Assembly: GCA_002633005.1 (NCBI GenBank)
Contig: NMRA01000488.1
Span: 232,878 to 296,877 of the forward strand
Direction: 5' to 3'
DNA length: 64,000 nucleotides
From: Phoronis australis
Taxonomy: Eukaryota; Animalia; Phoronida
Made by a program: the position numbers and the translations under genes. Shown here piece by piece: positions 26,601 to 38,514 of this stretch. The notes under the pieces are model-generated. The model worked only from the letters and a program-made list of their open reading frames with translations. It had not been told where the DNA came from and did no database searches. The first letter of the stretch is position 1, and each line of letters begins with the position of its first letter.

Positions 26601-29600
26601 AAGTTTACCGTGTGGACGTACACCTGAACCGCGGCAAATTGACCCTTGAGAGAATTACTTGCACTGGGGCAACTGCTAACAGGACATGGTAACAGTTATT
26701 GTGTAAACATGACATTCTAAAAATTCTCCAATTTGGGAACATCTCTACTGGGACACGGAAACTCCCGAAAAAATTGAATTTTCTTGATTTTGGAATTTAT
26801 AACAAGGGCAATTTTGGCATTCACAAAAATTCTCAAATTTCGGACAATGCGTTTTCAATCTGCGAAGTGGGTAATTTTGTCATCTTTCCGGTGATTCTTG
26901 AATTCAGACGGCCATTATTGTATATTTCTACAACTTGGGCGAAGCTACAAGGTTGATCAACATTTCACTGTCCCAAATTGGAGAATTTTTACAGTAAATA
27001 CCAAAGGATGCCTTTTAAAAATATGGAATCTACAATGTGGAAAAGCGTGAATAACTCTCATGCAAACAAAACTGGACCTCACAGTAGTCACAAAGTCCAC
27101 CTGATGGCTATGTCATCATCATAAATTTGGTTGCTTCAAGGGAAATATCTTGATACATTTGAGTAAACCTTGAAATGACACCTGAAGTATCTAGATTGTC
27201 TGTGGATTACTTGGCTCAACACACAGAGGCCTCTTCATGGAGATGTGCAAACACCATCAAATTGTAAGGCGTTCGATATAGAAACAACGCATGGATGGTC
27301 TTTCAAATCACATGTATTCTGGATAAATGAAAACTCTAAATTCACTTGTTTAGGACCAAAATATGACAAAATGCCAGGGCAACAAAGGCATTTTTTGTCA
27401 TTAAAGAACTCTTTTATTTAGGACATCCATTTCCTAGTTGCGATACTGGCTTATTGCTGTCAGGGGAGCTTTGAACTTTTTGTCAGCAAAAAAGGCATCC
27501 TCCTTACGAATGTATTTCCCTGACATTAGACAGAAAAATCAATTCTTATTTCTTTATGATCAAATATCAAAAAATCCTGTTTTTGTTACAAAATTACAAA
27601 TTGGCTCTAAAATAATCTCTTTCAAACTGTATTAAAGGAAGAGAACTGTAATCTATTGTATGAGTATCGCAATGACCAATTTAGGATACAAAATGGCAAA
27701 CAAGTGAAAGTTTCTTTCTTTTCACTTTTAAATAAACTGGAAACAGCAGGTAGTAAATTCTTTGTCAATTTCACGTTATATACAACAGCAACCAATAGAC
27801 ACGTTTTGAGAAACTGCTGGAAATCAGAACAATGAATCGTACAACAAACGGTCGACTTTAAAGATTTTTTTGTCTGAAATTGGCCAGGTGAAATTTTACC
27901 ATACACAGAAAATGAAGGCAAATAACGTTGCAAACGTGACAAGGGTGACAGGTAGCTGTGACACTACCCACTTACAGGTGACTTGTACAATTATTGACTA
28001 AAAATTGAATTAATATCACGCGCAAATTGTACAGCAAGACTTGGCAGTGAAAAAGTTGACTTTGATATCATACCGAAGTGAAACTAGATCCAAGAAGGAG
28101 GAAGAGAAATTGTATGTCAAATGCGGTCCCACCACGTTCGTTTCAGTCTCGATATGAATACGAGCTTTTGTATGCTTAGTGACAAGAGCCTTACCATATC
28201 TGGCTAAGAACGAGCAACGACAAGCGCGACTGTAGAAAGAAATCCCTGATGGAGTCACCTACAATAACATAAAAAGTGAAAATAGAGCAGTAAATATAAA
28301 TGGGATTTACTACAGGCAGTGATAGATGTGCAGCAATATTCAAAGTAAGATGACCTCAAACCAGTTTTCACATATGCAGCACTTAAACGGACATATTGTT
28401 GGAGGGGGTAGGCTTCTTGGGGCTATGCTTTGACCAGAGCTATAAAACAACAAAATGCCACTTCTCATTGTAGTCTGCCAGATTCGTAGCAATCTAGACT
28501 GATGACTTTACTAGTTATATATATGCTTAAACTGTTCCGCTTTTCATGTGGTATTTAGGCTCTAACAGCAGACTTAATTAAGCAATGACCACGAAGGTTC
28601 CAGGTTCGATTCCGCGCTGCGGTTATCTCAGAAAGTTATTTTTCTTGCTGATTATGTCAGTTTAAGGTAATGTAGGACCCTTCCAAATTTGTCTCTAAGT
28701 TCGGAATGCCGTATCTCAGATCTGGCAGATTGAATTCCTATGAAACTTTCACACATTATACTCTAAGCAATGTTCTCCACAATTCTGAGAGGTTATCCAA
28801 AATAGGATTTTTACGAAAAAAGTCAACAGTTGCAAGAAACCAAGATATTTAAGAAAACGGCAACAGCTTTTTGTGCTTTCATTTTCAACGTTTAAATCAA
28901 ATGAAATTTGGCCCTAAGGTGAAATCTCACCAATTCAATACACAATATTGCATAAAATATATGTAGCATCAAACTAAATCTTTCCATGATCAAGTTCTGT
29001 ACCACTGCTATCATCAGAAAAAATATCTTGAAAAATTGTGGGCTTTTACAATAGCGTTAAAACTTCTTGAAAAACAGAGAAAGGGCAATTTTGGCAAGTA
29101 CTTTTGTTCGAAACTGATGAGAATTTACTGTTATTTTCCTAAGAATGGACTTTGTTGCTAAATTTCACAACAAAGACATCGCCATATGATCTAATTAATG
29201 ACAGAATAATGTACAGTTGAAATTTAAAGTTTACAAGCTTTATTTTCAAATACGGTATACTTTTACAGAATTTATTTCAACGATTTTGCACATATTTGGC
29301 TAAACGCAGACTTGTCGATAAGGGGCCTGTTCCAAGAAACTGACTTATGCTCATTTTTGACTTAAGTTTAACATTTGTCTTAACTTCCAAACTTTGAAAC
29401 TTCCACATTCGTTAAGTTTGTCAAAATTAAGACAAAATTTTTGTCAAACTTAGATCTGTTTCTTGAATTGGTTTTGAGACAAATTTAACTTTTATTTTTA
29501 AATTTTCTAAAATTTAAGATTTGTCTTAGCTAAGTCAATTTTGTTGGAACGGGCCCAAGGTCCTCCATAACCTCTAAGATCTGCTCCATAACTTAGAACG

Positions 29601-32600
29601 AACAATTTCCATTATTGGACGGTAAATTCTCACCAATATCAGCCATAAATAATTACCAAAAAATTTTCAAGGGATTATACCACTGTTGTTAATGCCTGAA
29701 ATTTTTCAGAAAATTGTGGTGGTAGACTGGTAGCTTTAGTACATAACTTGAACGTGCAATTTGGAGCTGCTCATCTCTTATGGAAAAATGAGAAAATAAA
29801 TTTCACTTCTCCATCGTATTGCGTCTTAAATTGGAGAGATTTTACAGGAACTACCCAGTGACATCACATCAATCATAATTAGATTCAATGCTGCTTGATA
29901 AAGAAAACATTTTACATAAAAGTAAAATCGTAGGCATGTACCTCAGAAAAACTGAAACTGGGGACCATTGGTGTACAAATGCAAAATAAGGGTGGGACTT
30001 TATCCGAATGAGAAGTCAGGTTATCAAAATAAAGCTGTATCAAGTCATTTTATGTGAAAGTTGAACACTGGTTAAATGCAGACAATGTACTGCTAGTCAG
30101 TTAGCAGCGAGCCAATTACAATCTTTATTGGAATTGAACTAGACATTCACAAAGACATGGTGTTTCATAGAAACAAATTTGATGACTGCATGAATTGAGG
30201 AAGGATACAAGACAGAGCGCAAGTGTTTAAAAGAGAAAATTTGGAACATTCGGAGTTAGGCATTAATCCAAACTAGGTGTTAAAGCACACTAATACAGTA
30301 CGTCAAAAATGCTAAATAAATCGGAAAGAAATAATTGTAAACAAGGAATGGTAATGGTAAAAATGCTCCACTTTGGGATAGAGGAAAAAATATTTTCAAA
30401 CCTTCTGAATCAAAAAATGTACGGGTACACCATTTCAGGGATATGATACATGCAAAAAAAACGCCCAGGAAAATTCAATATTAGATCGTCCCATATTTTG
30501 AAGACTTCCAAACTACAGAATGTTGACCTCGTTCAAACTAAGTCGACCTTGTCCCGTAATTCAAACAGTAGAACCTACCTGAGAGAAACCCTTCAACCGG
30601 GCCCAGCTCATGAAAGAGTCGCATGTAATAACAAAACTCATCGTCACTTATTGGCAGCCATTCTGAAAGACAATAATGTACTCCATTATGAAAATTTGTC
30701 AACTTGCGACATCACTAGCCACAGATTACAACAGAGTTACAGCCTCAGGGATCCCTTCCGAGAAATGTGGCTATAGCTACGTGGCCTCAAGTATATGGAC
30801 CAATTTGGAGGACCTATGTGCCATGTTATTTTTGGTCCTTTTTTGCTTCCAATTTTAATGTGCCCGTTGGCCCAGTTAAGTAATCCCAGAGTGTCAATGA
30901 AATTTTTTGCACTAATGACGCGAGGCGTGCTCCTAAAATTATCTCTGGAGCCAAAAATACAATATTAAAGTCACTGTTGCCAAACTGTTGGTATCTTACA
31001 AGACTACAAAACAGAGAACTTTTCTGAAATAAACAAGATCCATGTTTGCTTCAGGAAGGTTCTGATGTCTCGTAATCTGAAAAAATTTAAAGGAAGGCTT
31101 AAAAAATTTTTCATGCACGATGACTAGATCTTAATTTTAAACAATTGATCCAATAACTGAATGGCCCCGTGACTGACTTTGACCGATTACATATGTTAAT
31201 AGCACCCACGTCTTCAAATCAAGGATATGCTTTTATTTTTGCTACAGACAAATTAATATAAATGTATCCCAAAACCCAACGCCTCACAGGCAACACCGTC
31301 CTAGGCATACGGAGTGTGTCCTCTGCCGTTAGGGTAGAAGAGAATGGAGATGATACGTGCTGCACATCATCAATAACAGTATACAGTTGCATACCTTCGG
31401 GTAATAATTTCAGGTAATAACGCTCTACCATGGCTAAAAACACAGTGTGCTGCAGCCGTGATACTTCAGTGGCTGTGAAACAAAGTTATGAAGACTAGAA
31501 ATATCAGTACAGACCTATTGATTTCAATATGATTAGCAAGGAAATGCTTTCATAAAGGAAATGATATATAGGTCAATAACCCTAAATAAATGTAAAAATA
31601 AATAAGATGTGCTAACATATAGTATTGTAAATATTGATATAATCAATAAAAGTTCTATACACGCCTGGCTTGTTTTAAGTCTATGTACTGTGCTAATGGC
31701 ATGAATATCATAGCAACTTACAAACATTTAACAACCAGTTTGAATAAATTTACATCTTATATCGAACAAAATAAAATCAGCAGCAAATTAAAAGCACACC
31801 TGCAACACTTCATTGTGTCTAATGAGTCTAACATCAGTAACAACTTACAGTGTAAACAAGGAGTGTAAACAAATTGAAAGGGTACCAATTGACATTCACA
31901 AATTGACTGCTAGTAGTTAAAATTTTTAAGGAAGTAAATATGTAAGATGAGGACTACTTTTGAATACCAAAGATCACAAAATCAGGATTAAGGGCTTTAT
32001 GATTTGATTCAGATCTTAACTCAGTTTCAAGAGTTATTTTGGAACTTCGCATCCATTAACGAGGTTTCTAGGGAAGTTGAATAGAAAATCAGGTTTGGAA
32101 TCTGAGATGACATCAAAATTTAGAAACAGAAACAGAATTAAGAAGCAGCTTGTGTAAGAATAAGTTTTCACTGCAACTTCCTTGACAGCGTGAATTTAAA
32201 TCTCATTAAATTAAAAAACTTGATGCGCATGGTTCCGTAAAATGGACAATACCTAGTCTGGACTTTTTTGTTGTAACATCTGCGCAAAAATTATTGCCAA
32301 CATTACAGGACTATGGCATTATAACAACACGTGAGAAACACCTACATGAACTCAATATGAAATGGGTCACTGTACATTTCTCTCTCAACATCAGTGCACC
32401 AGCATATTGATGTGAATGTGGGATTTTACATTAGCAGCTGAAACTGACTGTATCACAAAATAACGGTTTATAGTATCTATATGCAATAAACTTGCATTAC
32501 TTAGTGGTAATCACTTCACTAGCAAGTGTCCCCATATCATAGATGCGGACAGTAAAATAAAGGCTGAAGAACACATAGCTTTGCAGTTTTCATTATCTAA

Positions 32601-32671
32601 AACACCGCACGTACTTTACCTACTTCATTTCTGGTTTGAACCCTATGTAAGTATGCATTTGCCAGATTTTC
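2683..32671 (-). CDS. Spliced gene for a two-EH-domain plus coiled-coil protein (Eps15/intersectin-like EH domains); N- and C-termini unresolved
   Basis: Phase-consistent GT-AG exons: 32671-32620 (ENLANAYLHRVQTRNEV), 31472-31395 (TEVSRLQHTVFLAMVERYYLKLLPE), 30662-30579 (WLPISDDEFCYYMRLFHELGPVEGFLSG), 28258-28195 (DSIRDFFLQSRLSLLVLSQIW), 26018-25807 (NLADETLDNLLDVREFMSAAHLCCGKVQGRKLPQSLPHSLPP...FKEAFKKLCNE), 25313-25164 (GANFLGILNSFNVPQDKLQRLWRLSATKADQRLRMPEFAIFSHLVQLIGQ), 23859-23769 (GFDLKNANFNVSALLPGYQPP...), 23040-22995 (LKLIQERVASLQTCQ) and a coiled-coil exon 2791-2683 (CNSESVKEEIRLLHAEEAELKRDIDTLDNYIASLSE). The first domain follows the EH pattern W-x-I-S..Y..F..L.P..GFLSGD..R.FF.QS.L...L.QIW.LAD......LD..EF..A.HL.....G..LP..LP. 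Confidence 0.75.
4717..4730. promoter_or_regulatory. RFX X-box match GTTGCCATAGCAAC
   Basis: Fits the consensus GTTGCCATRGCAAC. It lies in an intron of the EH-domain gene; function untested. Confidence 0.45.
6489..6771. mobile_element. MITE family A copy
   Basis: TACGATAAAAATTCT ... AGAATTTTACTGTA ends; interior collinear with 248-565. Confidence 0.8.
7198..7514. mobile_element. MITE with ~95-bp terminal inverted repeats
   Basis: ATGAAAATACTAAGTTAAGATCCCTT...GTCCATATCTCAC.GACTTG / CAAGTC.GTGAGATATGGAC...AAGGGATCTTAACTTAGTATTTTCAT. Confidence 0.8.
9632..9715. repeat. Hairpin/inverted repeat, probably the core of a MITE
   Basis: TGAGCAAGACCTCTTGGGAAATTTTGTCAAAAT ... ATTTTGACGAAATTTCCAAGAGGTTTTGCTCA. 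Confidence 0.7.
10197..10320 (+). mobile_element. tRNA-derived SINE-like head
   Basis: B-box GGTTCGATTCC preceded by ACCACATGGGTTGCA. The same motif run (ACCACGAAGGTTCCAGGTTCGATTCCGC...ATCTCA.AAA) occurs at 28548-28650. Confidence 0.5.
10712..11108 (+). mobile_element. 5' end of a Kolobok-like DNA transposon with a decayed THAP-domain start
   Basis: Begins TTAA|AAGGGGACTGTAGTC, followed by a promoter-like GATTGG/TGACGTG tract. From ATG 11009 it reads MPCCMA then, after a frameshift, PGCSNSSKKVSSKGMVIPYHR, like the THAP start M..C....C.N........(F/Y)HR(F/L)P. Confidence 0.5.
11110..11960 (+). mobile_element. Diverged single arm of the same palindromic element
   Basis: Starts with GCCTTGGCCCAAGCTGTATACTAA and shares GAAATGGCGCGTGCG, CACTTAAACGGCTG and CAGATTTT.CATG in the same order as 36795-37575. 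It ends at the TGGCTGACTGGCT centre-like motif. Confidence 0.75.
15757..21020 (-). CDS. Second copy of five exons of the EH-domain gene (inside the 7.2-kb duplication)
   Basis: Exons 21020-20957, 18780-18569, 18075-17926, 16621-16531 and 15802-15757 look identical to those 7238 bp to the right. Probably only one set is real. Confidence 0.6.
19480..19758. mobile_element. MITE family A copy
   Basis: TAAAAATTCTCCAATTTGGGA ... TCCCAAATTGGAGAATTTTTACAGTA. Confidence 0.8.
26718..26996. mobile_element. MITE family A copy (inside the 7.2-kb duplication)
   Basis: Same sequence as 19480-19758. Confidence 0.75.
28548..28650 (+). mobile_element. tRNA-derived SINE-like head (partial duplicate at 21310-21384)
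   Basis: B-box GGTTCGATTCC and collinearity with 10197-10320. Confidence 0.5.
29322..29556. mobile_element. PIF/Harbinger-like MITE
   Basis: TIR GGGCCTGTTCCAAGAAACTGACTTA / TAAGTCAATTTTGTTGGAACGGGCCC, preceded by TAA, with internal CTTAAG/TTAAGAC motifs. Confidence 0.65.
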
Positions 32672-35600
32672 CTGATTTGTAATAAAAGCATGCCAGGTAG
32701 TGTACCCTATCTTCATCAGTGCACAAAAATTATCAACACTTTTCCTTTTTATGTCAGATACATCTTGTAAAAGAGTGTGCAAAGATGATCACTGTTTTGA
32801 CCAGAGCTCTGGGTACTAGCTACATACTTCATAGCACTGGGAGTCACAGTTCACATATTTCTGCCCAAAAGCATTCACTGGTTGACATGAGAAAATTAAT
32901 AGCTTTCCACTGCAAGCAACTTCATAAATTATCAGGAACAATAACCAAAATGACAATGTCCAACACACTGTATTCAAATTTACACACGACTGATTTTGGG
33001 ATATTTTTCATCAAAGAATGAAAGATAAAAGGTCAACAAGCCTACAAAACCAATTTACAACACAATATGAAAGACAAGTGTTTCTCCTTTTTCATATCTT
33101 CATAAGCAATAGGTAAGCAATGCATGAAAACATTCCTATGAAGGACCTTATTGACAACTCTGTATTTACCCAAAAAACTACAAAACCATTTCAAATCGCT
33201 AAAAGTACATCTTTCCTGAAAGAAGAAAGCCTGCAGAATTTGATTTTAAACTTTAAACCAATCCCCCATAAATTGAGTCACATGACAAGGTTTTTCAGCA
33301 AAAAAGAAACGTGAAAAACTTCTGGAAAAGTCTAAGTATATAGCCAGACATTTCTGCCATCAGTTGGGTCCTAATATACTTATATTTGATAAGCCCCCGT
33401 GTAAACAAGGGACATTTGAAGACAATTCCTCAATTCCTTACAACCTTTGAAAACAGTGTACAAAGTATAGTATCTAAAAGCTTCATAAAAATCTGATAAG
33501 CCATTTATGAGATATGATGTTCTGAAGTCAGCTAAATTTGGATATTATTTTTTCTAAGGCCCTGCATAACCTTAAGTAACACTGAATACCAACATAAATA
33601 TGGTTGTCTGAAAAATGTGCATCTTCACAGCATTTGAAGCTCTTCAATAACAAAAAGGGCAGTTTTGACACATACTTTTGTCCTCAATTTCCAATCCGGA
33701 TAACGCATAATTCAATATTTCCTAAAAATGGCATAACATGAAAAGGTTTGCCCCTCATAACAAGCATTAATACTAGCTCAGCAAACACCTGTGCCTCAGT
33801 TCATCAAATGTCCTAAGTTTGGTCTTAGCTAAGACAGTCATATTTTGAATTTTCATTAACACAAAATTTATTAAGAAAGGCAATCAGTTTGAATGTGAAT
33901 TTCAATCACGTTTGTACATCAGTACTACATGTTTTCACTTATGAAATTTGCAGTGTCACCAACTTAGCGAAAATGTTATGGCCATCTTAGCTCTTCTGGT
34001 CTTCTGGTAGAAGTTTACGTAAACAAACATTTAGTACTATAGACGAACTTAATATAAATTATTTTGTTTCATCAACAAATTTTCTTAGTCAATGGCCATA
34101 AACCTTCACTCAGAGGGATGAACAGGCATAAGGAGATCAGAAAGTAGTGAATTTTGCCACACAAACCCACATAAAAATATTTTATTAAAAATCACTCAGA
34201 TAGCTTCAGTGTTTCAAAAACGATGCCACAGATGAACAGTAGGTATAGGTACCATTACAACAAACTTGTCTGATATAATTCTCACCTGTATAATTTTATT
34301 TGCAATTCAGAATGGAAAACCCCCGAGCACACCCGTTCAACTATGAGACAAGAGAGTGCACCAAGTGCAGTAATATAATCTACGGTTGACTTACATACCA
34401 GGTTTGGACATCCTATTTTTCAGTTTCACTGACAATTCAATTAAGTACAAATCCGTGAAAAGCAGGTTCCACCCCATATTATTCCACCAAGATTTGAAAC
34501 TTTCTACATACATCGAGTTGAAATTAACTTTTGAAACTTGAAAGTCAAATGCCTTTCTGTCACAGGATTAAAGTAAACTTAAAACAAGAAATTTTTATTT
34601 ACTGGATGCCAATGGGCATTGTTGGGTCTAATGAAGGGAATTCAATATAATATTTAAATATTTTTCAGAGAGCAATGGTACCGATATTCAGCCCCATAAT
34701 TGAGATCCCCACAAAAAATTATCTTGCCATCCTGCAACACTATTTAAATGTCATGTTTCTTACAAAAAAAAAAACAAATTAACGCGTAAATTATTGTGAT
34801 TCTCCACACAATACTGCTCTATTTTCCCATTTCACTAAAACGCTGTTAGGGCATTTCTATTTTTGTTTACCATACTTTCTTGTTCAAGATGCATTCCATG
34901 TGGTACTTGTGTGAACAATAAAAAATGGAGTGTGCTAGTGTGGTGGACCCCACAACATTTACAGAATTCAGAGGGATGATCTGCTAAAAAAAGAGTGTGA
35001 ATGCGTTGAGTTCAGAAATTCTGATTCCAAATTTTGTTTATTTGAATCTAAAAAAGAGAAAAGGCAATTTGAACAGTTTCGTGCAATGCGAGGGATATTT
35101 CACCCACTCAAATTGACTTAGAACATCCTGCTTTTCCAATCAAAGATTGCCATTTTTTCATTGTCCTCGATATTAGCAAACATGAGTTGTGATGCAATAA
35201 AAACAAAAATGGCTCATTCACAATTTTGTTAACCAATAAAATGATGTTTGAAAGAAGCAACAATTCTTGAAGCAACATGACTTCAACAGTTTAGCCAGGC
35301 GAAGCCAAATTTGAAGAAAATAGGGTAAAAGTGGTGTAAATGACAATGGGTCCCTCCTCAAAATGGCTGCCGAGAAACTAGGCAACACGTAGCCCCTTGG
35401 TTGGCCAGTTAGGGGCTACAATACTTCCCATCGCGTTCTGTATTAATTTCGTCCTGTGTATTTTAAACGGGCAATGGTCAAAATCCGCCCACCGATTAAG
35501 AGTTTTCACCTCGTCAAAAATATTCTACACTTAACAACTATCACTTAAAAAAGCGCTTACTTTCTTCAGTGATCCTTTCTACTTCTACATATATCTTCGA

Positions 35601-36194
35601 TGAAGCATAGCTACCAAAAATAAGGTAACTTTGGTAAAGAATTCCAACTCCACTTTTGGTCACCGTTAACTTTTTCACCGCGTGCGCAATAACCACAAAA
35701 TATTACAACTGAGTCATGTGAGTTAGCTAGGCTAGTGCGAGAGTGAGCAAAGCTCGTGACGCTGGCGCGTGACACTTGCAAAATAGCATGGGAAGATATC
35801 AGGTGAAATTTGTAAGATTTATGTCCCTTGGACTTTTTATTCGTTAACATGCGTGATTTCATGTAACTTTCTCAAAATAGCACTTGGTAAGAGAAACTCG
35901 ACCAAACCGCCACAGATTTTCATGGATATGTTCAAACTATGCTGACTAAATTGTATCCAGAGTCATGGTATGTGTTAATTATAACTACATGTGCCTATAT
36001 GCATGTTTCAATCGATTTCATTTCCTGTATTTCGAAATGAATAACTTTTTGTGGGGATGTACTATTGCCCCTGTATGCCTACGAAACTCAGGGCAATGTA
36101 ATTGCCTACTGAGAAACCAGTTTTACTGAATAACGGCAATGTCTATTATGCAGTGAAACTGGTTCTCAGTAGCCATTTTGAAGAGGGACCCATT

Positions 36195-36300
36195 TCAGTG
36201 GCGGATTTAAGGGGGGGGGGCAGTACGTACGAGGGTGCGAATGTCTGACAGGCAAAATCCTGGATAATACCCTGCCCCACCGAGTTAGTTGTACAGGCAT
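36195..36300 (+). mobile_element. hAT-like MITE fragment (CAGTGGCGGATT end)
   Basis: Shares GTGGCGGATTTA.GGGG and GGTGCGAATGTCTGAC..GCAAAATCCTGG.TAATAC with 59086-59259. Confidence 0.6.
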
Positions 36301-36328
36301 CCTCAGCTTCTGATCGTCCCCAATACAC

Positions 36329-36794
36329 TACACAAGGTATGACACTTGGGACAAGGAATTCCATAGTTGCTTCACAACAAAAACTCAATAAATTTACACA
36401 AACAGAGGTTCTGCAAACCATGAGCAATTGTTCTTTCTTCTGCTAGCATTCACAGTATTCTGCTCCAGCGACTTCGCATCAAATTAGCGGTCAAAGCACA
36501 AACCTCTTCCCAAAAAGCTGCTGCGTACTTTAAATGTGCCGTTACGGAATTATCCGATGAGTTAGATAGACGATAATTGCTGGTTTATCACAGAAGGTGA
36601 CGAATAAGTGTGGAGTTATTGATGTCGTGACCTTCCGTGACAAATCCATAGTTTCCGTTTGGCACATTGACAGTACACATCGGCTTTTTGGGAAGATTTT
36701 TGTGCTTTGACCGCAAGTTGTTGCGAACTCGCTGGAGCAGGACACCGTAGACGCTACCAGAAGAAAGAACAATTGCTCATGGTTTGTTGAACCC
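36329..36794. mobile_element. Second foldback/MITE family, copy lacking its right end
   Basis: Internal inverted arms CAAACCATGAGCAATTGTTCTTTCTTCTG / CAGAAGAAAGAACAATTGCTCATGGTTTG. The left terminus ACAAGGTATGACACTTGGGAC is the reverse complement of the end of the copy at 52756-53175. Confidence 0.75.
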
Positions 36795-38328
36795 TAGCCT
36801 TGGTACAAAGCTGTATACTAATAATAAAGCTTCGAACCGATGTGTTGTGAAACAATGGTAAGATAAAGTCTGATACAAAATTAGTGTCATTAAAAACTAC
36901 AGTCTTCCTTGAGTAAACTAAATTATTTAACGGCGTTAGAAAAATGGCGTTCTACCGTTATTCTGCTGCTAAAGTTGTGGAGTGATCTTTAGCGACGGCT
37001 TTAATTTGGCGCCATGAAATATAGCGTCACCTATGGGCCAATTTCTTTTTTCGACGATTCTTCAATCAAATGTTCTTCTTCAAGTTCATGAGGTTGCGTA
37101 CACATCACAACAAATTATCGAAACTGGTTTCACTTCATTTTAAATTTCTAGAATTTTGAAACTGAAAAACCAAATTTCAGAAGAAATTTTGCTGCTGCCA
37201 AGCTATCATCACCTCCCGAGAGATGTCGCAAAAATTTAAGAAATGGCGCGTGCGAGTGACACAGGCGTACTGTTTTCAAAACGACGACATACTTTTCATC
37301 ATTAGAAAAGGCGGAGAGTTACGCAAGAAAATGACGTTTATTGCATTGTTTTTCACTTAAACGGCTGTAATGGGCAAGGTGAGTATCGGTTGATTCCCAG
37401 ATTTTGCATGTACCCCGTCCAGTCTTCAGCTTTACATGTTGATACAAGTTTCACAGCGAGGTGACGGGCAGAACTACCCTGGCTGTGTCCAATTTCGGGG
37501 TCTGCGGAAGAAATACACGCAGTGGTACCTAGCTGTATTTTGACGACAGTCTTCATGCAACTAGCTGGCTGGCTATCCACTTGCTAGCCAGCCAGCTAGC
37601 TGTATGACGACTGTCGTCAAAATACAGCTAGGTCCCACTGCGTGTATTTTTTCCGTAGACCCCGAAATTGCACACAGCCAGGGTAGTTCTGCCCGTCACC
37701 TCACCGTGAAACTTGTATAAACATGTAAAGCTAAAGACCGGACGGGGTGCATGCAAAATCTGGGAATCAACCGATACTCACCTTGCCCATTACAGCCGTT
37801 TAAGTAAAAAACAATGCAATAAACGTCATTTTCTTGCGTAACTCTCCACCTTTTCTAACAATGAAAAGCATGTCGTCGTTTCGAAAACAATACGCTCGTG
37901 TCACACGCACACGCCATTTTCTAAATTTTTGCGACAACTTCAGAGAAGCAAAATTTGTTCTGAAATTCGGTTTTTCGGTATCGGAATTCTAAAAAATTAT
38001 AATGAAGTGAAACCAGTTCCAATAATTTGTTGTGACGTGTACGCAAGCTCGTAAAAGAACAGCAGAACGGCGAAAAAAGAAACTGGCCAATAGGTGACGC
38101 AATATTTCATGGCGCCGAAAGCCGTCGCTAAAGTCAGATCGCTCCACAACTTTAGCAGCAAAATAACGGTAGAACGCCATTTTTTCCAACACTGTTAAAT
38201 AATTTTATTTAATCAAGGAAGACTGTAGTTTTTAATGACACTAATTTTGTGTCAGATGTTATCTTACCACTTTTTTACTCACATCGGTGCAAAGCTGTAT
38301 ATTTATATACAGCTTTGTACCAAGGCTA
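36795..38328. mobile_element. 1.53-kb near-perfect palindromic (foldback) non-autonomous DNA element
   Basis: Ends are TAGCCTTGGTACAAAGCTGTATA ... TATACAGCTTTGTACCAAGGCTA, each bounded by TA. Arms of ~780 and ~745 bp are complementary up to a 9-nt centre (37576-37584). Confidence 0.9.
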
Positions 38329-38514
38329 TACACTTGCAAGCTTTTACAGAAATTTTCTTACAAGCACAAAACAGGTTGAAAATGTCGAAAATAAGCACAA
38401 TCGTGTAACTCAGGTAACTTGCAGTGAAACGGCCTGCTTTCCATTTCGCAACTGGCCAATTCAGGCTGAGTGATCACTACAACAAATTTCCCGCGTCGCT
38501 GAAATCGCAGTCAA

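Larger units (their letters stand above)
14120..28622. repeat. 7.2-kb direct tandem duplication (14120-21384 / 21386-28622) joined by one N; probable assembly or haplotype artefact
   Basis: ORF-track entries recur at an offset of 7238. The junction is a lone N at 21385. The first ~1.6 kb differ by SNPs and indels; the rest looks identical. Confidence 0.9.
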
